Shown: in pieces, positions 48,851 to 62,697 of the stretch | Position numbering within the stretch: position 1 is the stretch's first letter | Layout of the letters: every line of letters starts with the position of its first letter | DNA from: Lama glama | Lineage: Eukaryota | Direction of reading: 5' to 3' | Length of the DNA stretch: 64,000 bases | Assembly (NCBI GenBank): GCA_028534125.1 | Contig: CM052818.1 | Coordinates: forward strand, 32,984,001 to 33,048,000 | The notes under the pieces: model-generated | Told to the model about the DNA's origin: nothing | Databases searched by the model: none | The model's input: only the letters and a program-made list of their open reading frames with translations | Translations under genes and position numbers: made by a program

Positions 48851-50429
48851 TTGTTGCTGGTCTTTGTGGTGTTTTCTTCAGAGCCTCAGCTCAGCTCTGC
48901 ACCCCTGAGGGCCCCTATGCCTCACCTGGGACTTCTGTTTGCCAGCCAACAGAGTAAGAAGTTTGAGTCATCACCAAGGTCCCTCCCCTCTGAGCATCAT
49001 TCCAGCTTCATCCGTGATGGCTGAACCATCATGGTGGAGGCATGCTTCAGCTCCTGCCTGCCCGGCCCCCTGCCTGTATTTCATCACACCCTCTGGGTAC
49101 ATTTTGGGGTCACATTCCTAGAGCCGCAGCACCCACGTGTGGGTGGACGGAAATTCTTATTCATTAGACATTCTGTGAGTGCTGGGCCTTCTACGAGCCA
49201 ATTTTATGTACGATGTAGGGGACAGAAAAGCTATGTGATCCCTACCCTCAAAGACGTATTCTCTTTGGGGAGCTACGATGAACATACACAAAAAATAAAG
49301 CCTAGAGACTGCAAGTGGGAGGAAAGAGCACTTAAGTGTACGCAGAGCCACCGAGTGGAGCACGAGGGGTGGGCCCCTGAGGGAAAGCTGCTTGGAGCAG
49401 CAAACCTTGAGCCTGGTCTGGAAAAAGCACTGTGTGGTGATCAGAAGAGCCTGAGCGAAGGCATGGAGGTGAGCCCTGGGAAGACCCATAAAGGGGTGGC
49501 TGGCAGGTCTGATGGGGTGGGGTGGGGTGGGGATGCCCAGAGGTGAGGTACTATGGGCATGGCTGTTTCAGCCTGGGTCCAGGGCACAGACCCTGGCCCA
49601 GGGCACAGACCAGACCTGCCACAGGTGCCTCAAGGGACCTGTGAGAGCAGACATCATCCCCTAGGGACCTGCTCCCCCAAGAGTCCCTTCAGCCCTGACC
49701 ACAGACTCAGGACTCACAGCACAGACCAGCCAGGGCAGGGACTGGGGAAAGTATTTGAGAATCATCTGTGGTTCTCACCAGCCTCTGTCCCTTCCTAATC
49801 CCCTCAGCCAGACCACAGAGAGCCATTTCTTACCTGATCAGTCACACGTCCTCTTCTCCCTCTTCTCCTCGGCCTCACGCTTAGCCCCTCACTCTCCTCC
49901 CTGGGGACTGGGGGCTGCTGAGCTCCATCCTGAGGTCTGCCTGCTGCACCTTCAGCCCCAGACAAGCTTCTCTGGGCAGCTCCTCCCCAAGAAACTCCAC
50001 TGCCCACACGAAGGAGGCAACTCTGCCCCTTTCCTCTTGCCTCCAGCCCACATGTCCAACTGCCCTCCTTCTTCCTCCATGGACTTGCATCTTCCCTTCT
50101 CTGCCATCACTTCTTCTCTTTGTCATGTGGCCTCCTCCCTCCAGCACTGATTCCTGTGGCCTTCTGGAAGGGGCACAAGCCCTGGCCCAGGTCCTCAAGG
50201 CCTTCCACAAAGAACCTAAACCTTCCCTTCTCCCCTTACCTAAGAGACTCCCTTTGAGCAAAACACATTTCTGGTACCATGCTGCATTCCCATCTCTGTT
50301 CAGGCTGTAACTTCAGCCTGAAACACCTTCCTTCTGTTTCCATCTAACAAGCTCCCTCCTGCTCTCCAGATTCATCTCAAACTCCATCTGTCTCATTGGG
50401 CAGCCCAGCAAAACACATACGACTATGCT

Positions 50430-50640
50430 CCTTGGGGTCAGAATCATCTGACCTTAATCTGCTTGGCTTTGCAGCTGTGTGACTGACCTTGGGCAAGTAG
50501 CTTCATGTCTTCTGAGCCTGTTTCCCAATCTATACAAGGAAGTGCCAATCCATACCTGAGCGAAGTCAGGATGAGGTGAAGCCTGGTGTATGAAGTGATC
50601 GATGCGGCACCTGACTCCCAACAGAGACTCAGGAATGCTT
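50430..50640 (+). mobile_element. MIR SINE
   Basis: agctgtgtgactgaccttgggcaagtagcttcat...ctgagcctgtttccc. Confidence 0.65.
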
Positions 50641-52754
50641 ACTCTGGGAGTTTATTTCCAGACCCCTCCTACCAGCTGTGATCTCACTCTCCTTTGAAGA
50701 TCTACAACATTTTGGGTGTCTCTGTCAGCACCCACATTGGCCAACTATTATAGGTGGCAAACTTCCCAAAGCAGGAACTTTTTTTTGTGACCCTTTGGAT
50801 CCTACGCAGAAAGTATCTGTTGGATGGAAATGAGGATGGACTGGTCATGACCCATCCTAGGGAAGTCCAACACCTCCCTGTGGCTGGAGATGCTCCAAAA
50901 CCAACAAAAACCAGCAGGTGCCTTCCCACTTCAAAACTAGCTCACCATCTGGTCACACACCTCATCCCAATGCACTGGACCACTTTTGCCACTTCTCAGT
51001 TCCTCCTGTCGCTTCAACACAACGATCTTGGGTAGGAATAGGCCTAGCTGAGCAGAGAAAACCCCCAACAATGGCCAAAGAAGCTGTGCCCGTGTGGGTC
51101 CTGCCTCACCAGGAGTGCCCACCAACATGGCCTCATCTCTGTGTGCTGTGCCGATGGAATACCACACTCTGGGACTTTCCTTCCCAAGGCCCATGGTGTT
51201 CTCTCCCACCAGCTGACTTCAGATGGAGCCACCTCCATCCAGTAGAGATGTTAGCGTTGGTGGTCCCCAGTGAGAGAGAAGCAGGCTCTCAAGGCAGCTC
51301 ACAATTGCCCACCTCCTCCCAACAACCTTCAAGCTCGGCCTACAGAGGAAGACGTGCCGAGGGTGCAGCCCTGCCACCGCCTCCCTCATCCCAGGACGAT
51401 AGGTGTCAACTTACAGATGTCCAGACAACTCAAGGCAAAGAGAATCTGTTTTGAATGGCAGAGCAGAGTCTTTCCTTATTCAACCCCCTTCCTCTGGGAT
51501 GACAGACCGAAATGATCAGACGGCCCAGGGGTACCATCCACGCACAGAGACAGGGTAAGCTCTTGGCCAAGGGGACTGGACCTTCCTGGAAAGCTGAGTG
51601 GGGAATGGGTTCATCAGAAGGCCAGCAGCCTCCCCAGCCTAGCAGATTCTCTAGAACCCCAAGATAAATTCCCATCTCTGCCCCTGAAAAACCACCCTGC
51701 CGCCCCCCCTACCCTCCTTGGTGTCCCTCCTCTGGCCAGGCCTGGTGGTACTGTGTGTCTCCCCCTCAGCAGCACTTATCCCCAGTCTTTTGCTGTCCCA
51801 ACACAGACACAGAGCTCCTGGGCCTCTCTATAGCCCCAATTGCCAGCACATACTGGCACACAGTAGCTGCTCAATAAAAATTTATTGAAATAAATGAAAC
51901 CATGAATTAGGATGCAGACTGAGATTTCAAATTTAAGCTTCTCCCATTAATGCAAGGAAGAAGTAGGATGAAGCCTCCTTCTTCTGATATCCCAACCTGC
52001 CTGAGAATCTGAGTCTCCTGTCCTCCAGGCACCAAACCTCCACCATCAGACTCCTTCTTGTCCTTCCCACCACGCAGCCCTCCCTGACTACCCAGGTCCC
52101 AGGGACCATTTTCCTCTCTGAACCCGCAAGCCCTGGTTGCCTGGGCCCTTTACTTGGTATTTGATTTGTCCTATTTTGCTTCCTAATTATTTGTGAGTTT
52201 GATTTCCATTCTTATCCAGGACTGCAAACTCCAAAAGGGCAGCCAGGCTGGGTTCTGCTTTTTTGCATCCCCCAAAGAAGCAACACAGGATGTGGCCCAA
52301 AGTCAGCATTTTATAAATTAGTAAAATGACTGAGTGAGTTGATAATGGCTTAATTTCCAAGGGGAGGAGGGTTTCCACATTATCATGCAACTCCGTACAT
52401 GACTATGGGGCACAGTGAACCTCTGTGTCTTCTCCAGAGCACATGTGCCCATAGCACACACAAGAGTGTCCCACCCTCTCCTCAGTGTGCACAGGACACT
52501 CTGGGTCCCTCAAATCCCCATGCCTTCTCCTACATGTGTTTCTTTCACAACCCTAGTGCTGGGGAAAGAGCTCAGGGACCAAGAGTGGGAACCCAATGTC
52601 ATCCAGCTTTGGTCCCGACTCGCTGGGAGGTTTGGCCGTATAAACCTCACATTTCTATACCTCTTCCCTTTTCTTCTCTGTCCCTTTATTGTTACCATAA
52701 ACCACATCTTTCGGTCTGGCATATAGGTGTTCTTTTTGATGATCTTTACTTTCC

Positions 52755-53111
52755 CTAAGGGTTGCAAAGTGGCTGCCACATCTCCAAGCATCCCATGTTT
52801 ATATAACAATGTCCAAAGGCAGGAAAGAAACACAGCTTTTTTGGTGCATGTCCTTTTGGTTTTTTGTCAGAGGAAATCATTCCCAGAGGTCTCTAGCTGA
52901 CTCCTCCCCAGGTTTCATTTAGAAGAACTGGGTCATTTCAGGAAGATGGGATTACCATGTCTGGCCTAGATCAAGCATGGCTCATCTCTGAGGACTGGTA
53001 CCATCTTCCTTGAGCATACTGTTGATCAATATGTAAGCAAAATTGGGATTCTGCTCCCGAGGTAGAAAGGAGGAATGGCTATTAGACAGGCAGCCAGAGA
53101 TGTCTCCCACA
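52755..53111 (-). mobile_element. MLT1-like MaLR LTR fragment
   Basis: ggttgcaaagtggctgccacatctccaagcatc...cccagaggtctctagctgactcctc...aaattgggattctg...ggctattagacaggcagcc...tgtctcccaca. Confidence 0.65.
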
Positions 53112-54869
53112 TTGCCAAGAGTCTTAGACCCAAGTAGGTTTCATCCAGTTGGGAAAACAATAAAACCTGTTCAGCGGAGTACCAGGCCATTCATCTTATG
53201 TGGAAAATGCATTTTGAAAACCTGCACATTTTAAAGCTCATGCAAATTAAAACCAATCCTGACTGTGTACAGTAGTAGTTTCTGTTTACTAGCTAAAGCT
53301 GTAACACATTGTGGCAACAGCATAAACAGTTTATAATTCACTTGGCCCGCCAGGTTTCAAATTCTGCACTTTGTGAAGAATTTTTAAAAGTTTTGGGGAC
53401 TCACATTATTTCATGTATTACATATAAATGAAGGCTTCATTAATATTTTTATTATTATTTTCAAATAAAATTGTATCTTAAAACTGATTAATATTTTATG
53501 CAAATGTTCTACTTGGTGTGAAATATGAAACTCTCACAAAAGTGAGTTCATTGATCAGTTCAGCTGTGAAGTGTGTGAGTGGTGGGATGCGCTGAGGAGC
53601 AGTCGGGGTTCGTTTATGCAAAGCACAGGGAGGATGACCTGAAACAAAGGAACTATGGACCAGCAACTAGATTTTAAACAAATTACCCTCTGCCTCAGTT
53701 TTTCTCATTTGGCTGGTTAGCTGGTTGAAAGGCCCCTTTTTACTCTAAAAGTCCGCGATTCTGTGGATCTCACAATGAGCCAAAAATTTTAGGATAAGCA
53801 ATTACGTTTTTACCCTGTCTTGCATGTTTTCTATCTGAAATTACACAAAAGCATTTTCATGTTCACTATTTTGCAAATAGCTAAGCAAATAGAGTTATTA
53901 GGAAGGAGAGTTTGAAGTCACTCAGGAAGCCAGAGGCCAAGGAAAGCCGGATTCCCTCCTCCTCCGAGCAGCCGGTAATGCTGACAAGGCAGGAATGTTC
54001 TCGCCCCCTGTAGGGACAGAGAATTCATTCACGGGGGGGGGGGGGCGTGGGGGGGCGTGGGCAGAGGCTCCTTTCGAAGCCTTCCTCCACATGGTACACC
54101 AGGCTCAACTGCTCTCTCCGCCCACCCAGGAGCGCAGGCCAGCTCCCTCTGGCTGCTCAGATAACAGAGCTGTTTTCCCGGGTTTGATCCTGGCTCCAGC
54201 AGTGACTTGAGAACTATCTGTAGAGACTGAAGTAAGAGGAGGGTGGGCCAGGCTCCCCCAAGCCCCAGCCCCCAAGGCCCCCTGCTCCGCAGGGAGAGAA
54301 GGAGACCTGAGGGTGATGGGGCTTTGGTCTAGCCTGGACACTGTTGCCTGACACAAATTTGTTTTTAATGCTGAATTCATTGATATTTTATTTTATTTTA
54401 TTATTATTTTTAGTAGTTGCATAGTAGTTGACATTTTAAAATGAGATGATTCTCTATTTAAAACTTCAAATTTCTGGCTTCTCTGGAAGAAGTTGATGAT
54501 CTGGATGAGGGCCCACATTCCTGCGTGGTGATAATTGGCTTGAGCAGAGTGAGTGCCTCCTCCCTTATGTGGAGCATGTGAGGCTCGTGGCCCATCCCCA
54601 TCGCAGCCCCACCACCCATTCCCTGAAGCGACTTGAGATTTGTTGCGATCTGCTTGAGGCTGAGACTCCCTGGTGCGGCCATTGAATGGTTAGTTCTTCC
54701 TGGGTGGGCTTTCCTCACGCCTGCTGGCCTCATTCCTTCCAGGACACCACATGGTGCGTTTCCCTCAAGGGAACACGCTCTAGGGGGCGGGATGCCTTCC
54801 CTTCAGTATTTGCACTTGCAGGACCATCTCTGCTCTGATGTGGGCTATTAAAAATCCTGGGCAGCATTA

Positions 54870-55490
54870 TTAGCCACCAAGCACTCAGGTCAAGGGAGTT
54901 GAGAGTCTCTGTTCTCTGCCCTCATGCTCCACGTAGGAGTCCAGAGGCCATTTCTGAAGGCTAGTGTTTTCAGAGAGGCATCGACCAGTCAGAGACCTGT
55001 GTCAGGAGGACGGTGAGCTGGAGGTGAAGGGGCAGGAAATCACACTACATCGAGAAGGACTGATGGAGCTGGGGGTGTTCAGCAGAGGAAAGAGAGGACC
55101 CAGGCAATGCGACGCCTTCCTTTGAACCCAGGAAGGGCAGTTGTTGTGAGAAAAGGGCTAGATTATTACTACTGTAAATAGCACTGATACAATCACTGCT
55201 AATAATACTAGAAATAAATATTTATCTGGTGCTTACTATGTGCCAGGCATTATTGCAAGAAGACACACTGACTAATTTTGATGCAAAAAAAGTAACAAAT
55301 GGAAACATAGGAAGATGGAGTTTTGTTTAATCAATGGTGCCCAAGGATGGAAGGGGCTGCCCATGTAAGTAGTGAGCTCGCTGTCTCTGGAGAAATGCAA
55401 GCAGAGACTGGAGTCCATTGAGATGCATCAAAAGGGTGGTTGTATTCAATGATTCTTAAGGTCTCTTTCACCCCTAACATTCTGTGATTC
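54870..55490 (+). mobile_element. L3/CR1 LINE 3' remnant (with small MIR piece ~55195-55255)
   Basis: ggagctgggggtgttcagc...agaggac; ggatggaaggggctgccc...gtagtgagctcgctgtctctgga...aagcagagactgg; taaggtctctttcacccctaacattctgtgattc (CR1 terminal motif). Confidence 0.65.
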
Positions 55491-55814
55491 AAATATTTTA
55501 ACTTCAGAAATCTTCCATGGGGACTGAGTCAGGAGAGGTGGAGTGCTGGGTTCATAGACCAGAGAACCAAGGAATGAAGAGGTGAACTCAGCACGATGTC
55601 TCTCAGTGTCAGGAAAGTGAGTCTGTCTGAGGTCAGGTCAAGGAGGACAAAGTGTACATTTATGTAACTGTGCTCTGAAGTTCGTACGTGCAAATCTTTG
55701 GGAATGGATAGATATGCCAAGATAATCAGTTATGTAAGAGACTTCTTGGGCCCATTGTGCGGCTCACCACCCTTGAGAATCAGACAGACCAAAGCTGATT
55801 AGCTTATGTTGCTA

Positions 55815-55960
55815 GAGTGGTGTTTTCCAAACTGCTGGTTACAACCCATTGGTGGGTTATGAAATCAGTTTGGTTGGTTGTAACCAGCATTAAAAAAAAA
55901 TCAGAATGCATCACAACTAATGATGTAATTAGTACAAACTTTTTCATTGAAGGTTAGTTT
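55815..55960. mobile_element. hAT/Charlie-type MER DNA transposon fragment
   Basis: tttccaaactgctggttacaacccattggtgggttatgaaatcagttt...accagcattaaaaaa; a related piece lies at ~35025-35105. Confidence 0.5.
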
Positions 55961-57911
55961 CGATAATGGCTGAGTGTATGTATCATATATGTATGTGCCC
56001 TGAGTTAGGATGTGAACTTGGTGAATATAAACTAAACTCCTGGACCAACCTCTGATGGAGGACAGAGGGAACGAAAGCACCACTAGACTAAGAAGCCATC
56101 TTGAAACCGAAAGATGAGGCAGGCAGCTCCATATAATCAATGAATCAGTTCATTCTAGAGTAACTTAACTCCCAGGGTGGGGTCTGGATCAGGCAGACAA
56201 GGATCCAGGAGCACTTGCAGCTGCACTCCATGCTGCCAAGGGGCCACTGGGACAATTTTATAGTTAACCTAGGGTGGGCGGTAGGGGCTTGGAAACAGGA
56301 CACGCATTCCTAAGTTAAGATTCATGAATGGGTTACTAGTCTTGTGGATGCCGGGAGTGTGTCAGGAAAGGTCTTCATCATTGTTTGGGGACAAACAGAG
56401 CATAGAATCCACCTGGTCCTAATGGTTATTAAACAACATCTCTTAACTACAAAGCCCTTTATGACAGAGAAGTGATTCACTGCACAGTACAGTCCTGGGT
56501 AGGGTCAGCCAAAGGACAGGAGAAACTGTAAAGGCCCAACATGGCGTCAGTCATGCCAACACCCACACACCGATCAAGGACACTGCGGCAGAATGCACAG
56601 GCTGATCCTAGACTTTCCTCGAGAAGATGGTGTCAATCTCAGATGAGACTATTCCCCTTAGTGTCCTGCCACTAGTAGACATGCCTGTCATGATGACAGC
56701 CACCATCTTGGCGCTTTCGTTGATCATACTCCTCACCTCACCCCAGGGTTAAGCCTGAAGCTTCTTCACCCACTGAGCATCTGGAGTCTATGCCATGACC
56801 AGACCTTTGGGTAAACAGACCTGTCACCCAAAGATCCAAGTGTCTGTTCCCTGGACCCTTCTATCTCAGCCCCTTGATGCCTTTCACCTAAGATTACCTA
56901 AGTGCCCAAGCTATGGCAATGAATTAGCTACATGACCCCTAGCCCCTCTTCATAGTTTCCTGAATTACTTAGCCTGTTGAATAGTAAATAATTATTTACT
57001 GTTATCTGCAGACTGAAGGAACTGACTCAGAAATAAGAGCAATGGTGTGGTCTATAGTAGAGCTATGCTGACCTGTTCTCCCCAGTAGCTGCCTCCCACG
57101 AACAGCTGCTCCTTAAGGACCCTTCTGGAAGACACCCGGCCATCAGTACTTGTAGAGCAGAAGTGCCCTGTTGGAGCTCATCTAAGGGCTGGAGCAGATT
57201 GTTTACACACCATTTCACAAGAACAGGAGTGGGGGCAGACTTATACAATGCCTGTTGCCTTTCATGTTGCAAATTGTTCTGTCAACAACCCATTTCTACC
57301 CACTCTGATTTGTGATGAGTGCCCTAAAAGGACATTAAAAACCAGGATGCTATGGCTCATGCAGCCTGACACTAGGATGGGCTTGTTTTGAAGTTGAATG
57401 CCAATGATAAATCAGCAAATGCTTCAAAGACTTTTAAATTTTCTGTAATTTTTGGAATAGGTAATATATGGACATATTGCAAAATTCAAAGGAACAAGAG
57501 AATATTGACCCTTCTCACTGCAAGTGAAATGCAAGTTTCCCTCCCTTCTCTTCCCCAACTAATTCCCACCCCCACCCCTAGCCCTGCACACACCATTGAA
57601 ATCACTGCCATCAGTTTCCTAAGTATTCCTCCAGAGATATTCAGAACATTCTACATATATTATCTCAAATAATTTAGTGTTTTCTTAATAAAGGGCAGCA
57701 ACACTCCACAGTAGACTAGACATAGTGTCTAAAGCCTGAATGACATTGACTGAAATAGGGAGACTCAGACCTGCTGCGGGAAAACCTGGGTTCATAATAC
57801 ATGGAGGTAGAGGGTTGTTCTTTGCGTAAACAGAATACATTATATTCTGTTCCATTATGAATGAATAAACAAATATATTTCAAGCACCAGCTAAGTGCTG
57901 AAAGTAACCAC

Positions 57912-58320
57912 GACTGACATTTATTGAACATTTACTAAGCTCTCATATACATCATTTCACATCATCCTGATGGTAACTTGGGAGGTGTGGATTGGCTTCC
58001 TCAGCTCCCATAGCATCCTCCTTCTGAGTGCCTTCCTACTGCAGAGGCTAGTAAGCAGTTTGCAAGTGAGGCTCTGAATATGAATTAGTTTCCACCAATT
58101 AGAGATACTTGCTTGAATTTTGTAATGTGAGACTAAGGCAGAAACTATTTCTCTGCTACTTTCTGCACTAAACCCTGATTGATAAAAAATACGCAAGATG
58201 AGTACTATTATTATCTCTGTTTTACACAGAAATTGAGGCATAGAGTGGCTAAGTAACTTGTCTGAAGTCAAACAATTAGTATAGTAGAGCCAGGATTTGA
58301 ACCTGAGCAAGATGACTCCT
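57912..58320 (-). mobile_element. MIR SINE interrupted by a short ERVL-type LTR remnant (~57986-58186)
   Basis: The MIR halves acatttattgaacatttact... and attatctctgttttacacagaaattgaggcatagagtggctaagtaacttg...ggatttgaacc flank a tgtggattggc...ctaaaccctgattgata insert. Confidence 0.6.
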
Positions 58321-58354
58321 TTATTACAAGCTGCTAGGTGCTTTTGTAACCCCT

Positions 58355-60215
58355 ATACAATTCCATAAAAAAGAATAAAACACCTAGGAATAAATCTAAC
58401 CAAGGAGGTAAAAGACCCGTACTCAAAACAAAACCAAAAACAAAAAACCTCTAAGACATTGATGAAAGAAATCGAAGATGATACAAACAAATGAAAAGAT
58501 ACATTATGCTCATGGAATAGAAGAATTAATATTGTTTAAATGACCACACTACCCAAGGCAATATACAGATTTAATGCAATCTTTATCAAAAGTCTAATGG
58601 CATTTTTCTCAGAACTAGAACAAATAATTTAAAAATTTGTACGGAAACAAAAGACTTTGAATAGCCAGAACAGTATTGAAAAAGAAGAGAAAGTTAGAGG
58701 TATCATGCACCCTGATTTCAAGCCACAGTAATCAATGCATGTATGGTATTGGTGCAAAAACAGACACATAGATCAATGGAACAGAACAGAGAGTCCCAAA
58801 ATAAACTTATATTTATGTGGTCAATTAATCTAAGACAAAGGAGGCAAGAATGTACAATGGAGANNNNNNNNNNNNNNNNNNNNNNNNNNNNNNNNNNNNN
58901 NNNNNNNNNNNNNNNNNNNNNNNNNNNNNNNNNNNNNNNNNNNNNNNNNNNNNNNNNNNNNNNNNNNNNNNNNNNNNNNNNNNNNNNNNNNNNNNNNNNN
59001 NNNNNNNNNNNNNNNNNNNNNNNNNNNNNNNNNNNNNNNNNACATCAATCTTAGCAATATTTTTTTGGATANNNNNNNNNNNNNNNNNNNNNNNNNNNNN
59101 NNNNNNNNNNNNNNNNNNNNNNNNNNNNNNNNNNNNNNNNNNNNNNNNNNNNNNNNNNNNNNNNNNNNNNNNNNNNNNNNNNNNNNNNNNNNNNNNNNNN
59201 NNNNNNNNNNNNNNNNNNNNNNNNNNNNNNNNNNNNNNNNNNNNNNNNNNNCAATTCAACACCAAAAAACAAACAACCAGGTTAAAAAATAGGCAGAGGN
59301 NNNNNNNNNNNNNNNNNNNNNNNNNNNNNNNNNNNNNNNNNNNNNNNNNNNNNNNNNNNNNNNNNNNNNNNNNNNNNNNNNNNNNNNNNNNNNNNNNNNN
59401 NNNNNNNNNNNNNNNNNNNNNNNNNNNNNNNNNNNNNNNNNNNNNNNNNNNNNNNNNNNNNNNNNNNNNNNNNNNNNNNNNNNNNNNNNNNNNNNNNNNN
59501 NNNNNNNNNNNNNNNNNNCAGCCAGTATGAAAACTGTATGGAGTTTCCTCAAAAAATTAAAAATAGAACTACCATAAGATCCAGCAATTCCACTTCTGGG
59601 TATCTTCCCAAAGAAAACAAAAATACTAACTTGAAAAGATATGTGCACCCCTATATTCATTGCAGCATTATTTTAATAGCCCAGATATGGAAGTAACCTA
59701 AGTATCAACTGGTAGATGAATGAATAAAGAAGATGTGGTGTATATATACAATGGAATACTACTCAGCCATAAAAAATAAGATCTCGCCATTTGTGACAAC
59801 AAGGGTGCACCTGGAGGGTGTTATGCTAAGTCAAATAAGTAGGCCAGAGAAAGACATACACCCTATGAGTTCATGTATATGTAGAATTTGAAAACCAAAA
59901 CAAATGAATAAACAAAACAGACTCATAGATACAGAGAACAAACAGGTGGTTGCCAGAGCAGAGGGGAATGGGCGGGATAGGTGAAATAGGTGAGGATGAT
60001 TAAGAGGTACAAACTTCCAGTTATAAAATAAGTGAGTCACAGGAATGAAATGCACAGCTCAGGGAATATAGTCAATAATATTGTAATATCTTTGTATGGT
60101 GACAGATGTTAACTGGACTTATTAGGTGATCATTTTGTAATGTATAGAAGTATCAAATCACTATGCTGAGCACCTGGAACTAACATAGGGTTGTAGGTCA
60201 ACTATAGCTCAATAA
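58355..60215 (+). mobile_element. 5'-truncated L1 (ORF2 C-terminal part and 3'UTR; three internal N runs)
   Basis: ctaggaataaatctaaccaaggaggtaaaagac, tggtattggtgcaaaaacagacacatagatcaatggaacagaa, ccagcaattccacttctggg, ...gttgtaggtcaactatagctcaataaa, then a GA-rich tail to ~60292. Confidence 0.92.
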
Positions 60216-60384
60216 AGAAAGGAGAGAGGGGAAGTGAGAGAGAGAAAGGGGTGAAGGAGAGAGAGAGAAAGAAAAGAAAGAGAGGAAGAAAGATGCAGAC
60301 TCGCTGTGAAAGATAAGCGATTCTGTAGTTCTCTTGCCTCACACACATCTGAGTGATTATCTGTACCTCAAAGTAGAAAATTTA

Positions 60385-60895
60385 ACTTCCTGCTCATCAG
60401 AAATGAAGTTCATGTTGACTATTTTCCTTGACATCAGCAGTATGGTGTCTGCTGAAAATATTCCATAAGGTTGAATAGTCAGGCTTACCAAGAGGGATCT
60501 AAGAGGTGACTTTTTACTCCAAAAGGACAAACTCTGGATGGTAACTGTTTTCTTTTCCATGCCAAAGCGCCGGGTTGCACTGAACTTCCTATGGAACAGG
60601 TTTTGATCTAAAAAGATATTTACCAGACTAAACTTCAACTAGTTTATATCTACTTCCAACACCAAATCCAGCAACAAAAGACCATTTGTCATCTTTGAGA
60701 GTATTCAAAACATGGAACACAGATTTTTAAAGTAATTTAAAAAAAATAGAGTCTAAAGATATTCTGAGGCGTGACAATATTCTTTGGAATTACCTCCCAG
60801 AAATAAGTGAAAGAACTGCAAACACCCATTTGGATCCAGAACTTCTGGTCTGTCTAGTAATATGAAGGTTCATTACTTTGCAGAAATTTCTTATA
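60385..60895 (+). mobile_element. MARNA-like Tc1/mariner relic with degenerate transposase C-terminus
   Basis: Translations KFMLTIFLD..(60406), CFLFHAKAP (60546) and YLPD* (60617) correspond to mariner KVMLxVFFD, WFLHHDNAP and YSPDL. The 3' end aacacccatttggat...ttctggt...cattacttt resembles MARNA. Confidence 0.7.
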
Positions 60896-61039
60896 AATAA
60901 TAATGCTCTGGTCTATGAAAGTTCATTTTTGAAGGCTTCATAATAACTATATTTATCATTTAGGATGATTTTGGTCCTAAGCAACACAAAATCCAACAAA
61001 AACTAACATAAGAAATGAAGAGGATTTCTTTTTTGTCCT

Positions 61040-61895
61040 GCTGCCTCTTTTAACTTCCCCCTATTCTGGGTCCTCTCATAATAGTCCTTCCCACCCGCAT
61101 CACATCCGATACTCAACAGCTTCTCTTCTTGCCTGCAGTTGCTATGAATGAGCTGCTCATGGTTTTATCTAAGACCAACTCTTCACATGTGCACAGGGTC
61201 CTGTCTCCTCTCTCATCCAACACATCGATTATTCCCTCTCAACTACTTCCTACGGTACATTTTTTCCTGGTGTCAAAACTCAAAACAAAACTTCTTGACT
61301 TCATAACCCTCTCCAGCTTCCATCACATTTTCCTTCTCTCTCTGATGGTAAAATTCCTTGATAAATTTCTCCATTCTCCTGGACTTATTTCCTCACTTCA
61401 TTTCAGTGAGTTCTGACTCCACTACTTAAACAACACAGTTATTCTTGGGTTTGCCAATGACTTTCATGTTGCTAAATCCAGCAGTCAGTTTTTAATCTTC
61501 ATCTTAATCTATCAGCAGCATGTGATATAGTTGACTACCCTGACTTTTTTTGGAAATCCTTTCTTCACTTGGATTTCGATGAAAACAACACTCTCTTGGT
61601 TTCTCTCTTCCTTTCTTATCCACTCTTTCCTGATCTGCCTTGCTAATCCTTCCTCATCATGCTGATCTTTAAACACTGAGTACACCTGGGTTTGGTTCTG
61701 GATCTGTTCCTCTTCTATAGGTATATTCACATCTTGGTTGATTTTACCCACTCCCATGACTTTATCCATCATCTATATCCTGTCAAATGTTGAATGATTT
61801 CTTTCCAGAACTTCAGGTACATATCTAACTGGCTAGTGAACACCTCCACTTAGATGTCTGATGGACATCTCAAACTTAATGTGACCGAAACGTAA
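61040..61895 (+). mobile_element. L2 LINE ORF2 remnant
   Basis: gccaatgactttcatgttgctaaatcca, atctatcagcagcatgtga, ctctcttggtttctctc, cctccacttagatgtctgatggacatctcaaacttaa. Confidence 0.8.
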
Positions 61896-61899
61896 CTAC

Positions 61900-62697
61900 T
61901 GACAGTGTGGTGTGGTAAGCGCCTATGAAACAAACTCCTGCAGGTGTCAGCTATGAACTCTTGAAATCTACAACCACCTGAAGGCCCTGGAGAGCGAACA
62001 AAAGCAGGCAGTTTCTGGAGAGGAGTCAACACTTGGAAAAAGGGAATGCATGGGATGTGTTTCCCATTTTTGTTTCTGTTTTTTGTTTGTTTGTTTTTTG
62101 CTTGAAGCAGGCCACAGTAGAGTCACATAGGACAGATAAAATGATAGAAAACTTTCAGTCCTACTGGCCTGGAGACTCAAAGGAGAGAGTTTAAGGCAAC
62201 CACAGCCTTTAGAAAGTGAGGTGGGGAATCTAGGAAAAGAGAGAACCAGAGAGGAAGAACGTACATTTTATGTATGAACTCTGTCCAGATCTCTGGTTTA
62301 TTTCTGAATCATACCACATGAGGCAGGCTTAAGATACCCAGATAAGAATAAAAGAACCGAACTGAGATTTGAACTGTGACCTAAGGGACAGTTTGTATTT
62401 TGATCCAATCAAGTTAATTGCCTGCTAAAACAAACAAACCAACTAACCAGCATTTTAGGAGAGTTGTGTAACAGAATCCATAACCTCCACAACTTACAGT
62501 GTCCAGAATACCCCCCAAATATTCAACATGAAGAAAATGGAAAATGTGACCCATACTCAAGAGAAAAGATAATCAACAGAAACTGACTCTGAGATGACCC
62601 AGATGTTACATTTAGCAGATCATAATTTTAAAGTAAGCTGTTATAACTATACTTCATGAGGAAAGGGATTATATGTTTGTAATAAGTGAAAAGATAG
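61900..62697 (+). mobile_element. ancient L1M 5'UTR/ORF1-start fragment
   Basis: caagttaattgcctgctaaaacaaa...gaaaatgtgacccatactcaagagaaaagataatcaacagaaactgac..gagatgacccagatgtt...agcaga. Confidence 0.7.
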
